This document shows, in pieces, positions 53,736 to 64,000 of a stretch of 64,000 bases of DNA; the stretch's first letter is position 1; each line of letters starts with the position of its first letter. The translations under genes and the position numbers were made by a program. The notes beneath the pieces are model-generated. The model worked only from the letters and a program-made list of their open reading frames with translations, was not told the origin of the DNA and ran no database searches. The stretch lies in contig NIVC01000404.1 in the NCBI GenBank assembly GCA_002269645.1, forward strand, positions 62,001-126,000. The letters are read 5' to 3'. This DNA is from Macrostomum lignano. Lineage: Eukaryota.

Positions 53736-54121
53736 ATAGCTGCACTTCATTATTACATACTACTATGAGTAGAGTTGGTAAGATTGAGTTTTGAATGATG
53801 CAAAGAATTCTAACCTTATTTTATGATTAACTTATTGCATTCTCTCAGTATGCGGCTACGGTGAAATAATTATTTAATAAATACTTTCTGTCACTAGAGC
53901 TGGTAATTATTGATTTTATTACAAGTACTATTAGTATTCATAATATGCTGCTGTCTTAGGAGTTGGGCCATACTGATTAAAATTAGTTTTAATAGATATT
54001 CGTTTTCTTTTGAAAGTGTCTGTCTTTGACTGTTGATTTGATTAGCAATTGTCACTCATTACGGTGCGAAAATTTATCATTCCTTGTTCGCTTTTCTCAT
54101 TGAATAATAAAACAATCTGAA

Positions 54122-54470
54122 CCACACTAAGAATCGCCCCTAAACCACCCTAAGAGTCGCCCCTAAACGACCCTAAGAATCGCCCCTAAACCACCCTAAT
54201 CGCCCCTGAACCACCCTAAGAATCGCCCCTGAACCACCCTAAGAGTCGCCCCTTGACTACCCTGAGAATCGCCCCTTGACTACCCGAAGAATCGCCCTTG
54301 AACCACCCTGAGAATCGCCCCCGAACCACCCTGAGAATCGCCCCTGAACCACCCTGAGAATCGCCCCTGAAACACCCTGAGAATCGCCCCTGAACCACCC
54401 TAAGAATCGCCCCTGAACCACCCTAAGAATCGCCCCTGAAACACCCTGAGAATCGCCCCTGAACCACCCC
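54122..54470. repeat. 23-bp minisatellite (GAATCGCCCCTGAACCACCCTAA)
   Basis: About 15 units. Confidence 0.92.
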
Positions 54471-55422
54471 GAGTGGCCAGGCGACCAGCACGAGAACATG
54501 CCAAACCGAATCAGCGCAAAGCCAATAACAAACCCAGTTACCCAAAGCCTAGTCAAAAAGGTTTTTCATCGTTCATGGCGTAAATTGTAAAATCAGTTGA
54601 ATTCTTCCTGGCTTGCGAGCCAAACTAGAATTAATAAATATAAAACTCAAATTTCATGTTGTGGAGTTTTTCAATTTCGAAATAAGATGAATGATTTGTT
54701 GTCCTTAATCAATAAATGACTTAAATTCAGCTTTTCCCTATTTTTTGAGTTGTCGATTTTCATAATGTAAAATGGCATCGAATTTTATTTCATGAATTAG
54801 ACAGGTTTACTATATCTACACTGATTGAGGCAATGACAAAACACTAAGAGTATATGTAGGTATGAATTTTTTGGATAAGATTGAAAAGAATATACAGTAA
54901 TTCAAATTGTACAGAGATGGACGCATAGCGAATAGTGTTGATAATCGGGTTATTGTAGTGACTCACGTAGTCATTAAGGTTTTAAAAAAATAATGACGCG
55001 ACACGATTTCAGTGTGCTGCTGCTACTACTACTAATTAATATCGATTAGGTGTACGAAAATGACGCAACATTCGTCGGAAATATTTTTATTCAAGCCAAG
55101 GTCGGTTGGGTGCTACAGTCCTAGCTACTGATTAATAACAGCGAATAGTTGAAAAAAGTGATAAAAGTTCTTGAATTAATCAATCATGATGCAGTGCACG
55201 ATCACAACAAACAAAAAAACAGTCGTAATAGTATGCGAAATGTCACCCATGAGAAAATGCTGAAATTTTCACAATGCCTGCAAAAGACGAAGAAATGATT
55301 TATATTACATATTTTCTCAACCGATACTACCGCACTTAGGTCGATTATAGTAAGTAGTATATATGCATAGAAGATGATGTTCAGTTTCAAAACAGTATTG
55401 TCTTCTTAGTTCCCTCGTCTAC

Positions 55423-58400
55423 TTAAACGTCTTTGATGGCGTCCTTGACATCGTCTACCTCGTTGTCCAGATACTCCATCTGGTACAGCAAAACCTCGCA
55501 CTGGCCATAGACGTTGCACTGCGTCAACAACAGCTGGTGTCGGTCCTTGTCGAAGGCGGCCGACATTGGAAAGTTCAGCCCGTCTCGAGCTGACAGCACT
55601 AGCTGCAGATGCTTGCCAAGGCTGGTGAACAGCGACACCGAGTGGGTGTCGGCGTTCACTACTAGCAGGTTGCCGCGGTGGTCCACGGCCAGGCCGCGGG
55701 GACATTTGAAGCCGCGGATTCGGCCGGAGATTCGGCCGCGCGGATCGAAGATCTGTTGCGGTAGAAGGGAGTCTGCTGTGACAGCCTGCTGTGTCTGTTT
55801 GTACTCTGTGTCTGTCTCTGTTGTGTCTCCCTGCCTGTCTGTTTGACAGTCTGCTGTGTCTGTCTCTGTTGTGTCTCCCTGCCTGTCTGTCTGACAGTCT
55901 GCTGTGTCTGTTTGCCCTCTGTGTCTGTCTCTGTTGTGTCTCTCTGCCTGTCTGACAGTCTGCTGTGTCTGTCTGCCCTCTGTGTCTGTCTCTGTTGTGT
56001 CTTCCTGCCTGTCTGTCTGACAGTCTGCTGTGTCTGTTTGCCCTCTGTGTCTGTCTCTGTTGTGTCTTCCTGCCTGTCTGTCTGACAGTCTGCTGTGTCT
56101 GTCTGCCCTCTGTTGTGTCTCCCTGCCTGTCTGTCTAATTGTCTGCTGTCTGCCAGTCTCTCTGACAGTCTGCTGTGTCTGTCTGCCCTCTGTTGTGTCT
56201 CCCTGCCTGTCTGTCTAATTGTCTGCTGTCTGCCAGTCTCTCTGTCTGTCTGACAGTCTGCTGTGTCTGTTTGCTCTCTGTTGTGTCTCCCTGACTGTCT
56301 GTCTAATTGTCTGCTGTCTGCCTGTCTGCTGTGTCTGCCTGTCTGTCTGCTGTGTCTGCCTGCCTATCTGCTGTGTCTGCCTGTCTGTCTGTCTGCTGTG
56401 TCTGCCTATCTGATGTGTGTCTGCCTATCTGATGTGTGTCTGCCTATCTGCTGTGCCTGCCTATCTGCTGTGCCTGCCTGTTTGCTGTGTCCGCCTGGCT
56501 GTCTGCTGTTTCTGTCTGACAGCCAGTCTGTTGATAAATCGTGCATTCAGTAAGTACACAATCGCATAGAGAATCTACCTTAACAGTATTATTCAAACTG
56601 TCGGACACCAATATGAAATCGTCATCGTCCAACGATACGAAATGCGGCGACGGAATATAGTCATCGCCTGCCAGGCGGGTGTGGAATTTGCGCACAATCT
56701 CCCCGGTGTCCGGGCTGATGACCACCACGAATGCGTGGTCCAGATCTGACAGCACTATGTGACCGTTGCGTGTCTCGGCGATGCCTGCGGTTAGTTTGAA
56801 TGACATTGATTCTTCTGGGTGACTTTATTAAATGCCTGGGAATGGAAATTGAGGGGCTGGCCCGGCCCAGCAACGAGAATCTGGAAGGCTGGCCCAGCAA
56901 CTGAGGGTCTGGGAGGCTGGCCCAGCAACTGAGGGTCTGGGAGGCTGGCCCAGCAACTGAGGATCTGGAGGCTGGCCCAGAAACTGAGGATCTGGAGGCT
57001 GGCCCAGAAACTGAGGATCTGGGAGACTGGTCCAGAAACTGGGATTTGGGAGACTGGCCCAGCAACTGAGGGTCTGGGAGGCTGGCCCAGCAACTGAGGG
57101 TCTGGGAGGCTGGCCCAGCAACTGAGGACCAGGGAGGCTGGCCCAGCAACTGAGGATCTGGGAGGCTGGCCCAGCAACTGAGGACCAGGGAGGCTGGCCC
57201 AGCAACTGAGGATCTGGAGGCTGGCCCAGCAACTGAGGGTCTGGGAGGCTGGCCCAGCAACTGAGGGTCTGGGAGGCTGGCCCAGCAACTGAGGATCTGG
57301 AGGCTGGCCCAGAAACTGAGGATCTGGAGGCTGGCCCAGAAACTGAGGATCTGGGAGGCTGGTGGCCCAGGAACTGATGATCTGGGAGGGCGACAGAGGC
57401 CAAATTAAAAGTACACCAACTCTCACCCGACGGACAGTGAAAGATGCCATCTCCCAGTCTGCCAACCAGCTCCAACTGCTCGTTGAACACTTTCACGCAG
57501 GCTGCATTCTCATCGCAAACGTAGAATTTGCCGTTTTGACTCTGAAAGTTTATGGAGTTGTAGATTTTAGGATGATGAAGTACACAATAATATAGGCATC
57601 TGATTCTGTTCTCACCTGCAGAATCCGCCTCGGCTTCAAGCAGCCGCTGCCCATAAACTGTATGAACTCCCCAGTCTTCAAGCTCAGCAGCTGCACCCTG
57701 CAGTTATTCTTATCGCAGACGGCCACGCGATCGTTCGACACAAAATTAGCGTGCACTGGCCAGCGGAACTCCAGCGGCCCTTCGCCCCCACGACCCACTC
57801 GCCACAGCAGTTTAGTTTGAACTATGCGTCCTTGACCTTCAGCTGATACCGGACTCAAGGTCCCGGTAGCGCCAGCCGCTCCAGACCTATCAGTGGCGGC
57901 AGCAGCAGCGGCCGCGGCTACAGCAGCTGTCACAGTCTCCTCAGAATCCAGGGCACCATCTTTACTAGCGTCCTTAGCAACGGCGATTGCCCAAGCAACA
58001 AAAGAGTCCCGACGAAGCTGCAAAGCTGCATCATCCCAAGCAGTCGGATCGGCGGCCCGTTTAACTTCGGCCGAATTTGAAGCAACAGTTCGCCAAGCTT
58101 CAGCAAAATTGCCTAGGAAACCGTTGCCATAGCAACTGCGAGCAAATTGTAGGCAACGAAGCCGAAGCCAAGCGGCTTCTAAACGCAGCCTGGCGGCCTC
58201 TTGACGACGGACAAGTCGATCGGCTGGGCCGGAGAAAATCGACGATAGACGTCGAACCAGCGAATCGATCGCTTCTGCCTCGTTCGAATTTTCGGTTTCC
58301 GTTTCGGTTTCAGCGGCGGCCATTGAAGCTTGGGCTCGAATTTCTTGGCGCAGATTGCGCGACTCCTGACGCAGATTGGACAGCTCCTGGCCGGCCGACT

Positions 58401-60186
58401 GGAGACGGGCCTGCAGTCTGGTTGCGAGGTGAATGGCTTTGAAAATTTGTGCATAAAGAATACTACTGCTAATTCAGAATGCACCGCCTCTATAGGCCTC
58501 TGTCAGAGAATATTCCTGTCTATGGATCAAATTTGTTAGAGAGCAAGTTTTTAGATAACTTTAATAGAAGATATTTGTCTGTAGATCACCACCCGTCCAT
58601 AGATCACTGTTAGAGAGCATGTATGTCTATAGATCACTGTTAAAGAGCCTGTTATTAGTGTCTATAGATCACTGGTAAAGAGCCTGCATGTCTATAGATC
58701 ACTTTTAAAGAGCCTGCTAGTGTCTATAGATCACTGTTAAAGAGACTTAGTGTCTATAGATCACCGTTAGAGAGCCTGCTAGTGTCTATAGATCACTGTT
58801 AGAGAGCCCGCCTGTCTATAGATCACTTTTAAAGAGCCTGCTAGTGTCTATAGATCACTGTTAAAGAGACTTAGTGTCTATAGATCACCGTTAGAGAGCC
58901 TGCTAGTGTCTATAGATCACTGTTAGAGAGCCCGCCTGTCTATAGATCACTTTTAAAGAGCCTGCTAGTGTCTATAGATCACTGTTAAAGAGACTGTTAG
59001 TGTCTATAGATCACTGTTAGAGAGCCTGCTAGTGTCTATAGATCACTGTTAGAGAGCCCGCCTGTCTATAGATCACTTTTAAAGAGCCTGCTAGTGTCTA
59101 TAGATCACTGTTAGAGAGCCCGCCTGTCTATAAATCACTTTTAAAGAGCCTGCTAGTGTCTATAGATCACTGTTTAAGAACCTGCTAGTGTCTATAGATC
59201 ACTGTTAAAGAGCCTGTTAGTGTCTATAGATCACTGTTAAAGAGCCTGCTAGTGTCTATAGATCACTGTTAAAGAGCCTGTTATTAGTGCCTATAGATCG
59301 CTGGTAAAGAGCCTGCATGTCTATAGATCACTGTTAGAGAGCCCGCCTGTCTATAGATCACTGTTAAAGAGCCTGCTAGTGTCTATAGATCACTGTTAGA
59401 GAGCCCGCCTGTCTATAGATCACTTTTAAAGAGCCTGCTAGTGTCTATAGATCACTGTTAAAGAACCTGCTAGTGTCTATAGATCACTGTTAAAGAGCCT
59501 GTTAGTGTCTATAGATCACTGTTAAAGAGCCTGCTAGTGTCTATAGATCACTGTTAAAGAGCCTGTTATTAGTGCCCATAGATCGCTGGTAAAGAGCCTG
59601 CATGTCTATAGATCACTGTTAGAGAGCCCGCCTGTCTATAGATCACTGTTAAAGAGCCTGCTAGTGTCTATAGATCACTGTTAGAGAGCTTGTCTGTCTA
59701 TAGATCCAAGACAATAGAAAACATATACCATTGCAAGTGTAATAAAACCTACCTAGCCTCCAGATCACCGTCGCCAGTAATTCTGCCGCCTTCACCGTCG
59801 CTCAGTTCTTCTTCGCAATCCTCCGTCACGTCCTCTTCAATTCCAAGAAACAGACTGGGATTGTTGACAAATCCTTGACAAACCGACACAAGAGCGGTCA
59901 GTTTCCCAGTCTCCGGCAGGCCAACCAAAGACTTAGCCGAGTCCAACGCTACCAGACTAACGTCGCGACATTTCGGACAAGCAACCGGACCAACAACTAG
60001 CAGACTACTAATAGTAGGTCGCTTTCTACCAAGTAGATTTCTACAATAACGGACAGCGCAGGTGTCGCACATGCAGTGTCCGCAGTCCAGCACTCTGGCG
60101 CAGTCGATCTCTTCTAGACAAACTGGACAGGTTCGCTCCTCGGCCGCGGCCGAAGCTACTAGATGTTCGCATTGGATTGGATCCAT
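55423..60186 (-). CDS. RING finger - coiled-coil - NHL-repeat protein (TRIM2/3/NHL-like E3 ligase), ~628 aa, 5 exons
   Basis: complement(join(55423-55752,56579-56784,57427-57541,57616-58417,59753-60186)), phase-consistent (1887 nt). C3HC4 RING CPVC..CGHCMCDTC..CPKC; NHL blades FRWPVHANF..VAVCDKNNCRVQ, CPSG|IAETRNGHIVLSD, PSPHFVSLD..ILVSDSLNNTVK|IFD, CPRGLAVDHRGNLLV. Confidence 0.88.
55775..56530. repeat. TGTC/GTCTGCT compound microsatellite, NHL intron 4
   Basis: Fills most of the intron. Confidence 0.92.
56862..57385 (-). repeat. 28-bp minisatellite family A, copy 3 (NHL intron 3)
   Basis: Reverse complement of the unit at 11430 and 50378; about 19 units. Confidence 0.93.
58575..59705. repeat. 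~32-bp minisatellite (GTCTATAGATCACTGTTAAAGAGCCTGCTAGT), NHL intron 1
   Basis: About 35 units. Confidence 0.94.
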
Positions 60187-60454
60187 CTCTTGATCTTAGC
60201 TAGTTCAGGGATTGTTGACAGTGGACATGAAGTTGTTATGCGTTTTATTATTGTAACTTCTATTCATTTTTAGTGGCTAGAGACTTGTCTCAAGGGTAGC
60301 AAGAAATGCACAGAGTGACCAGCTTAGGACTTCTACTCGCAAATAATGTAGATTAGTCTCAGCAACCAACTGAATACCGACAACTAGAGGTGGGGGTGCT
60401 TGTTAGCTCTACTAGCGCAAACGCTGGATAATACTGGTTAATTAATATAGACTC

Positions 60455-60455
60455 G

Positions 60456-60486
<31 letters not shown>

Positions 60487-60543
60487 GTGTCTGTCTGTCT
60501 GTGTGTCTGTCTGTCTGTCTGTCTGTCTGTGTGTCTGTATGTA

Positions 60544-60598
<55 letters not shown>

Positions 60599-60607
60599 GT
60601 GTGTGTG

Positions 60608-60646
<39 letters not shown>

Positions 60647-60740
60647 TTGTCTGCCTGTCTATCTATCTGTTTGTCTGTCTATCTATATGTCTGTCTGTCT
60701 GTGTTAGTGTCTCAGTGTCTGTCTGTCTGTCAGTTTGTCT
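60455..60740. repeat. (TCTG)n/(TG)n microsatellite
   Basis: Intergenic between the NHL gene start and the PFDN6 end. Confidence 0.93.
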
Positions 60741-61224
60741 GCCTAGCTTAAATGTGTGTTTAAGCAAGATCTCAGCCAAACGCAAAGTTAAACGAATAAA
60801 ATATGAAAACTAGCTGACAGAATTTGCATTATTAATTAATAGCTAAATTTCACTTACTGTATGGTATTCAATATAACTTCCTGTGAAATGGTGCAAATTT
60901 CTCTCCACAAAACTATGGGTACTGATCCAGTGGCCTAACGACCTGCGGCTACACCATAAAAATTTGATCAATTAACTAATTAATCTAAGGCCTATAAGTA
61001 ATAATCATGACAAAATTAAATAATAATACGCAGATGGAAAATGTTATTCAACAAAGGCCAACAAATAGTTTTATTTGAAATTAAAAAAAACAATTAATGC
61101 TTGTTTACTCAAACGATACACCTACTTCCATAGAATATTATATATACCGGTATATGTAAGCTGAGAACTTATTAATCAAGCTAAGCTATCAGTCAGTCAG
61201 TCAATTAACTACACAACCGCTTAT

Positions 61225-61608
61225 TTATCTAGCAGCCGCTTTAACTTGCGCCTGCTGAAACTGCTGCTGCAGTCGGGCCAGCGCAGATTGAAGCTCTTCA
61301 CGCTTCTTCTCCAAATCTTTAATTTGAGTTTCGTGACGCTTCGATTCCTCTTTAATGTAGCCGATTCGTTTGCCAACATTTTGCAACGCTTCCGCGGTGT
61401 CCTGTTTAACTAGTACGGGACCTTCGAGCTTGTAGATGACGGCATCGGAACCCAGTAGCTCCATCTCCTCTTGCACCGACTTGTTCTCCTGCATTTGCGA
61501 TTCCAGCTTCTGTACAGCTTGTACACTTTTGCTTAGCTCAGCGTGCAGAGCTTTCAATTTCTCTACCTCCGCTTGGAAGCGTTTCTCAATGCCTTCAGCC
61601 ATGGGCAT
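61225..61608 (-). CDS. PFDN6: Prefoldin subunit 6 (beta-type), intronless CDS
   Basis: MAEGIEKRFQAEVEK..QKLESQMQENKSVQEEMELLGSDAVIYKLEGPVLVKQDTAEALQNVGKRIGYIKEE..QQQFQQAQ matches PFDN6/KE2. Confidence 0.95.
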   Translation of the reverse strand: MPMAEGIEKRFQAEVEKLKALHAELSKSVQAVQKLESQMQENKSVQEEMELLGSDAVIYKLEGPVLVKQDTAEALQNVGKRIGYIKEESKRHETQIKDLEKKREELQSALARLQQQFQQAQVKAAAR

Positions 61609-61614
61609 GAATGA

Positions 61615-61870
61615 TTGGTGTTGTAATTGTGTCAGTTGTGTGTTGTAATTGTTTCAGTTGTGTGTTGGATTTGTGTCAGTTGTGTGTTGTAATTGTGTCA
61701 GTTATGTGTTTGATTTGTGTCAGTTGTGTGTTGGATTTGTGTCAGTTGTGTGTTGTAATTGTGTCAGGTGTGTGTTGGATTTGTGTCAGTTGTGTGTTGG
61801 ATTTGTGTCAGTTGTGTGTTGGATTTGTGTCAGTTGTGTGTTGGAATTGTATCATTTGTGTTGTGTCATT
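61615..61870. repeat. 22-bp minisatellite (TGTGTCAGTTGTGTGTTGGATT)
   Basis: About 11 units abutting the PFDN6 ATG. Confidence 0.92.
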
Positions 61871-61881
61871 GTGATATTAGA

Positions 61882-62905
61882 CTCTACTATGCCACTAGAA
61901 TATGGAGACTCTATGCCACTAGAATATGGAGACTCTATGCCACTAGAATATGGAGACTCTATGCCACTAGAATATGGAGACTCTATGCCACTAGAATATG
62001 GAGACTCTATGCCACTAGGATATGGAGACTCTATGCCACTAGGATATGGAGACTATTATGCCACTAGAATATGGAGACTCTATGCCACTAGAATATGGAG
62101 ACTCTATGCCACTAGAATATGGAGACTCTATGCCACTAGAATATGGAGACTCTATGCCACTAGAATATGGAGACTCTATGCCACTAGAATATGGAGACTC
62201 TATGCCACTAGGATATGGAGACTCTATGCCACTAGGATATGGAGACTCTATGCCACTAGAATATGGAGACTCTATGCCACTAGAATATGGAGACTCTATG
62301 CCACTAGAATATGGAGACTCTATGCCACTAGAATATGGAGACTCTATGCCACTAGGATATGGAGACTCTATGCCACTAGGATATGGAGACTATTATGCCA
62401 CTAGAATATGGAGACTCTATGCCACTAGAATATGGAGACTCTATGCCACTAGAATATGGAGACTCTATGCCACTAGAATATGGAGACTATTATGCCACTA
62501 GAATATGGAGACTCTATGCCACTAGAATATGGAGACTCTATGCCACTAGAATATGGAGACTCTATGCCACTAGAATATGGAGACTCTATGCCACTAGAAT
62601 ATGGAGACTCTATGCCACTAGAATATGGAGACTATTATGCCACTAGAATTTGGAGACTATGCCACTAGAATATGGAGACTCTATGCCACTAGAATATGGA
62701 GACTCTATGCCACTAGAATATGGAGACTCTATGCCACTAGAATATGGAGACTCTATGCCACTAGAATATGGAGACTATATGCCACTAGAATATGGAGACT
62801 CTATGCCACTAGAATATGGAGACTATTATGCCACTAGAATATGGAGACTATGCCACTAGAATATGGAGACTATTATGCCACTAGAATATGGAGACTCTAT
62901 GCCAC
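61882..62905. repeat. 24-bp minisatellite (GGAGACTCTATGCCACTAGAATAT) x~42
   Basis: 8-aa period (MPLEYGDS) in artefact ORFs. Confidence 0.96.
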
Positions 62906-64000
62906 ATGCCATTAGAACGAATCCTAGAGTTAATATCTATGCAAATTATAGGAAAACGGAAGTAATAAAACCATAAAAGCGCTAAAATTCAAACACGATA
63001 CTCGAGCAGACACGGGACCAAGAGATTTAGTCAACCTGGTAAATCCAGGCTATTTATTTTTGCATTCCGTAATGCTTGTAATTGTAAAGATAATATAGAA
63101 ATATAATAATAAAAAGAACTCAATAAAAATAAACAAGCGCATTTTTGACTACTTAAAATAGGAATTACCGGATAATCGACACTATTATTTGTGGGAAGAA
63201 ATGTGAGAATAATAATTCAATATTTATTAAAAAACAATATTTTTGCAATTTAAAATATGATACTCGACATGGGGCAAAAGTTATATTCAGGCACTGAAAG
63301 CATTTTTATTATTTAATACAAAACGCTGACAAACGTTTGCAGGAATGAAAGTTTTGGCTTTTGCACAAGTTAGATTACAACTATTAATTAAGAAAATGTA
63401 TTATTTCAAATGACTGGTTTATTGCTAGTACTGGTACTGCTACTAATAGGAAATGCCGAACAATCTAAAAAAATAATTTAAACTGTTCATTACTTAATAA
63501 AGAACAAAGTGGAAGCTAAAAAGTATATTTGTTTTACTATATTGATTTTATAAAACGAAAAAAATAAAAATACTTTTAAACTTGGATTTTTTAAAACTGC
63601 AAATGGTATTAGATACAGTTATTAAAATCTTGCCTAGTTACCAACAGAAAAATCAACTACAACTTCATCAGCCTTGAAACATAAAAGTCAAGAAATCGAA
63701 GATTACTAGTGACGTTTTTTTAAATAGGAAAAAAATAGAACTTCACTTAGAACTTCGTATATGATAATTTAGCAAGAAGTGGAGCTTACTTATTTAGTGG
63801 GCCTAATTAGTGACCATTAAGTGGACTGTATACAAGCTTATAAAATCAGTCTAGTCAGTCTATACAATGGATTGAATGCTTCAAGGCTAAACGTTGTTTG
63901 TCACGGCGAGACAGTCTATGGTAAAAACCTTGTTGGCGTTCCATAAACCCTTAATGTTACGGTCTTAACGTCCTTTTGACTTAATAAATAGCAAACTGTA

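Noticed and set aside
54122-54470. Interstitial telomere (CCCTAA hexamers)
   Set aside because: Only isolated hexamers within a 23-bp unit, often mutated to CCCTGA; no (TTAGGG)n run.
54470-54576. Possible first exon MNDEKPF-L-TRLWVTGFVIGFALIRFG with a TM-like stretch (minus strand)
   Set aside because: Needs a one-base insertion in a T-run to be open, and no downstream coding exon could be found.

Overview
Eukaryotic (metazoan) genomic window with GT-AG introns, GC/CpG-rich exons and AT-rich, minisatellite-packed introns. This style suggests a Macrostomum-like flatworm (inference only). By walking splice sites and checking phases I reconstructed eight spliced or intronless host genes. These are a HAD-like uncharacterised protein (-), an hnRNP A/B/D-squid-like 2xRRM protein (-), a TBC1D15/17 Rab-GAP (+), a CCDC33-like C2/coiled-coil protein (-), SRP68 (+), GOSR2/membrin (+), a RING-coiled-coil-NHL protein (-) and prefoldin 6 (-). 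Also present: a Merlin/IS1595-type DDE transposase ORF, two convergent tRNA-Thr genes, two tRNA-derived SINEs, a MITE with 9-bp TSD nested in one SINE, a solo LTR with 5-bp TSD, a foldback element and about 40 tandem arrays. The most striking pattern is that all 24 reconstructed introns longer than 250 bp carry a tandem array while the 3 introns under 100 bp do not. Several arrays start at, end in, or contain copies of the splice site itself, and one array is visibly amplified from a transposon TIR. No CRISPR or prokaryotic system is present. Most long ORFs in the track are repeat artefacts. All homology calls are from motif recognition, not database searches.
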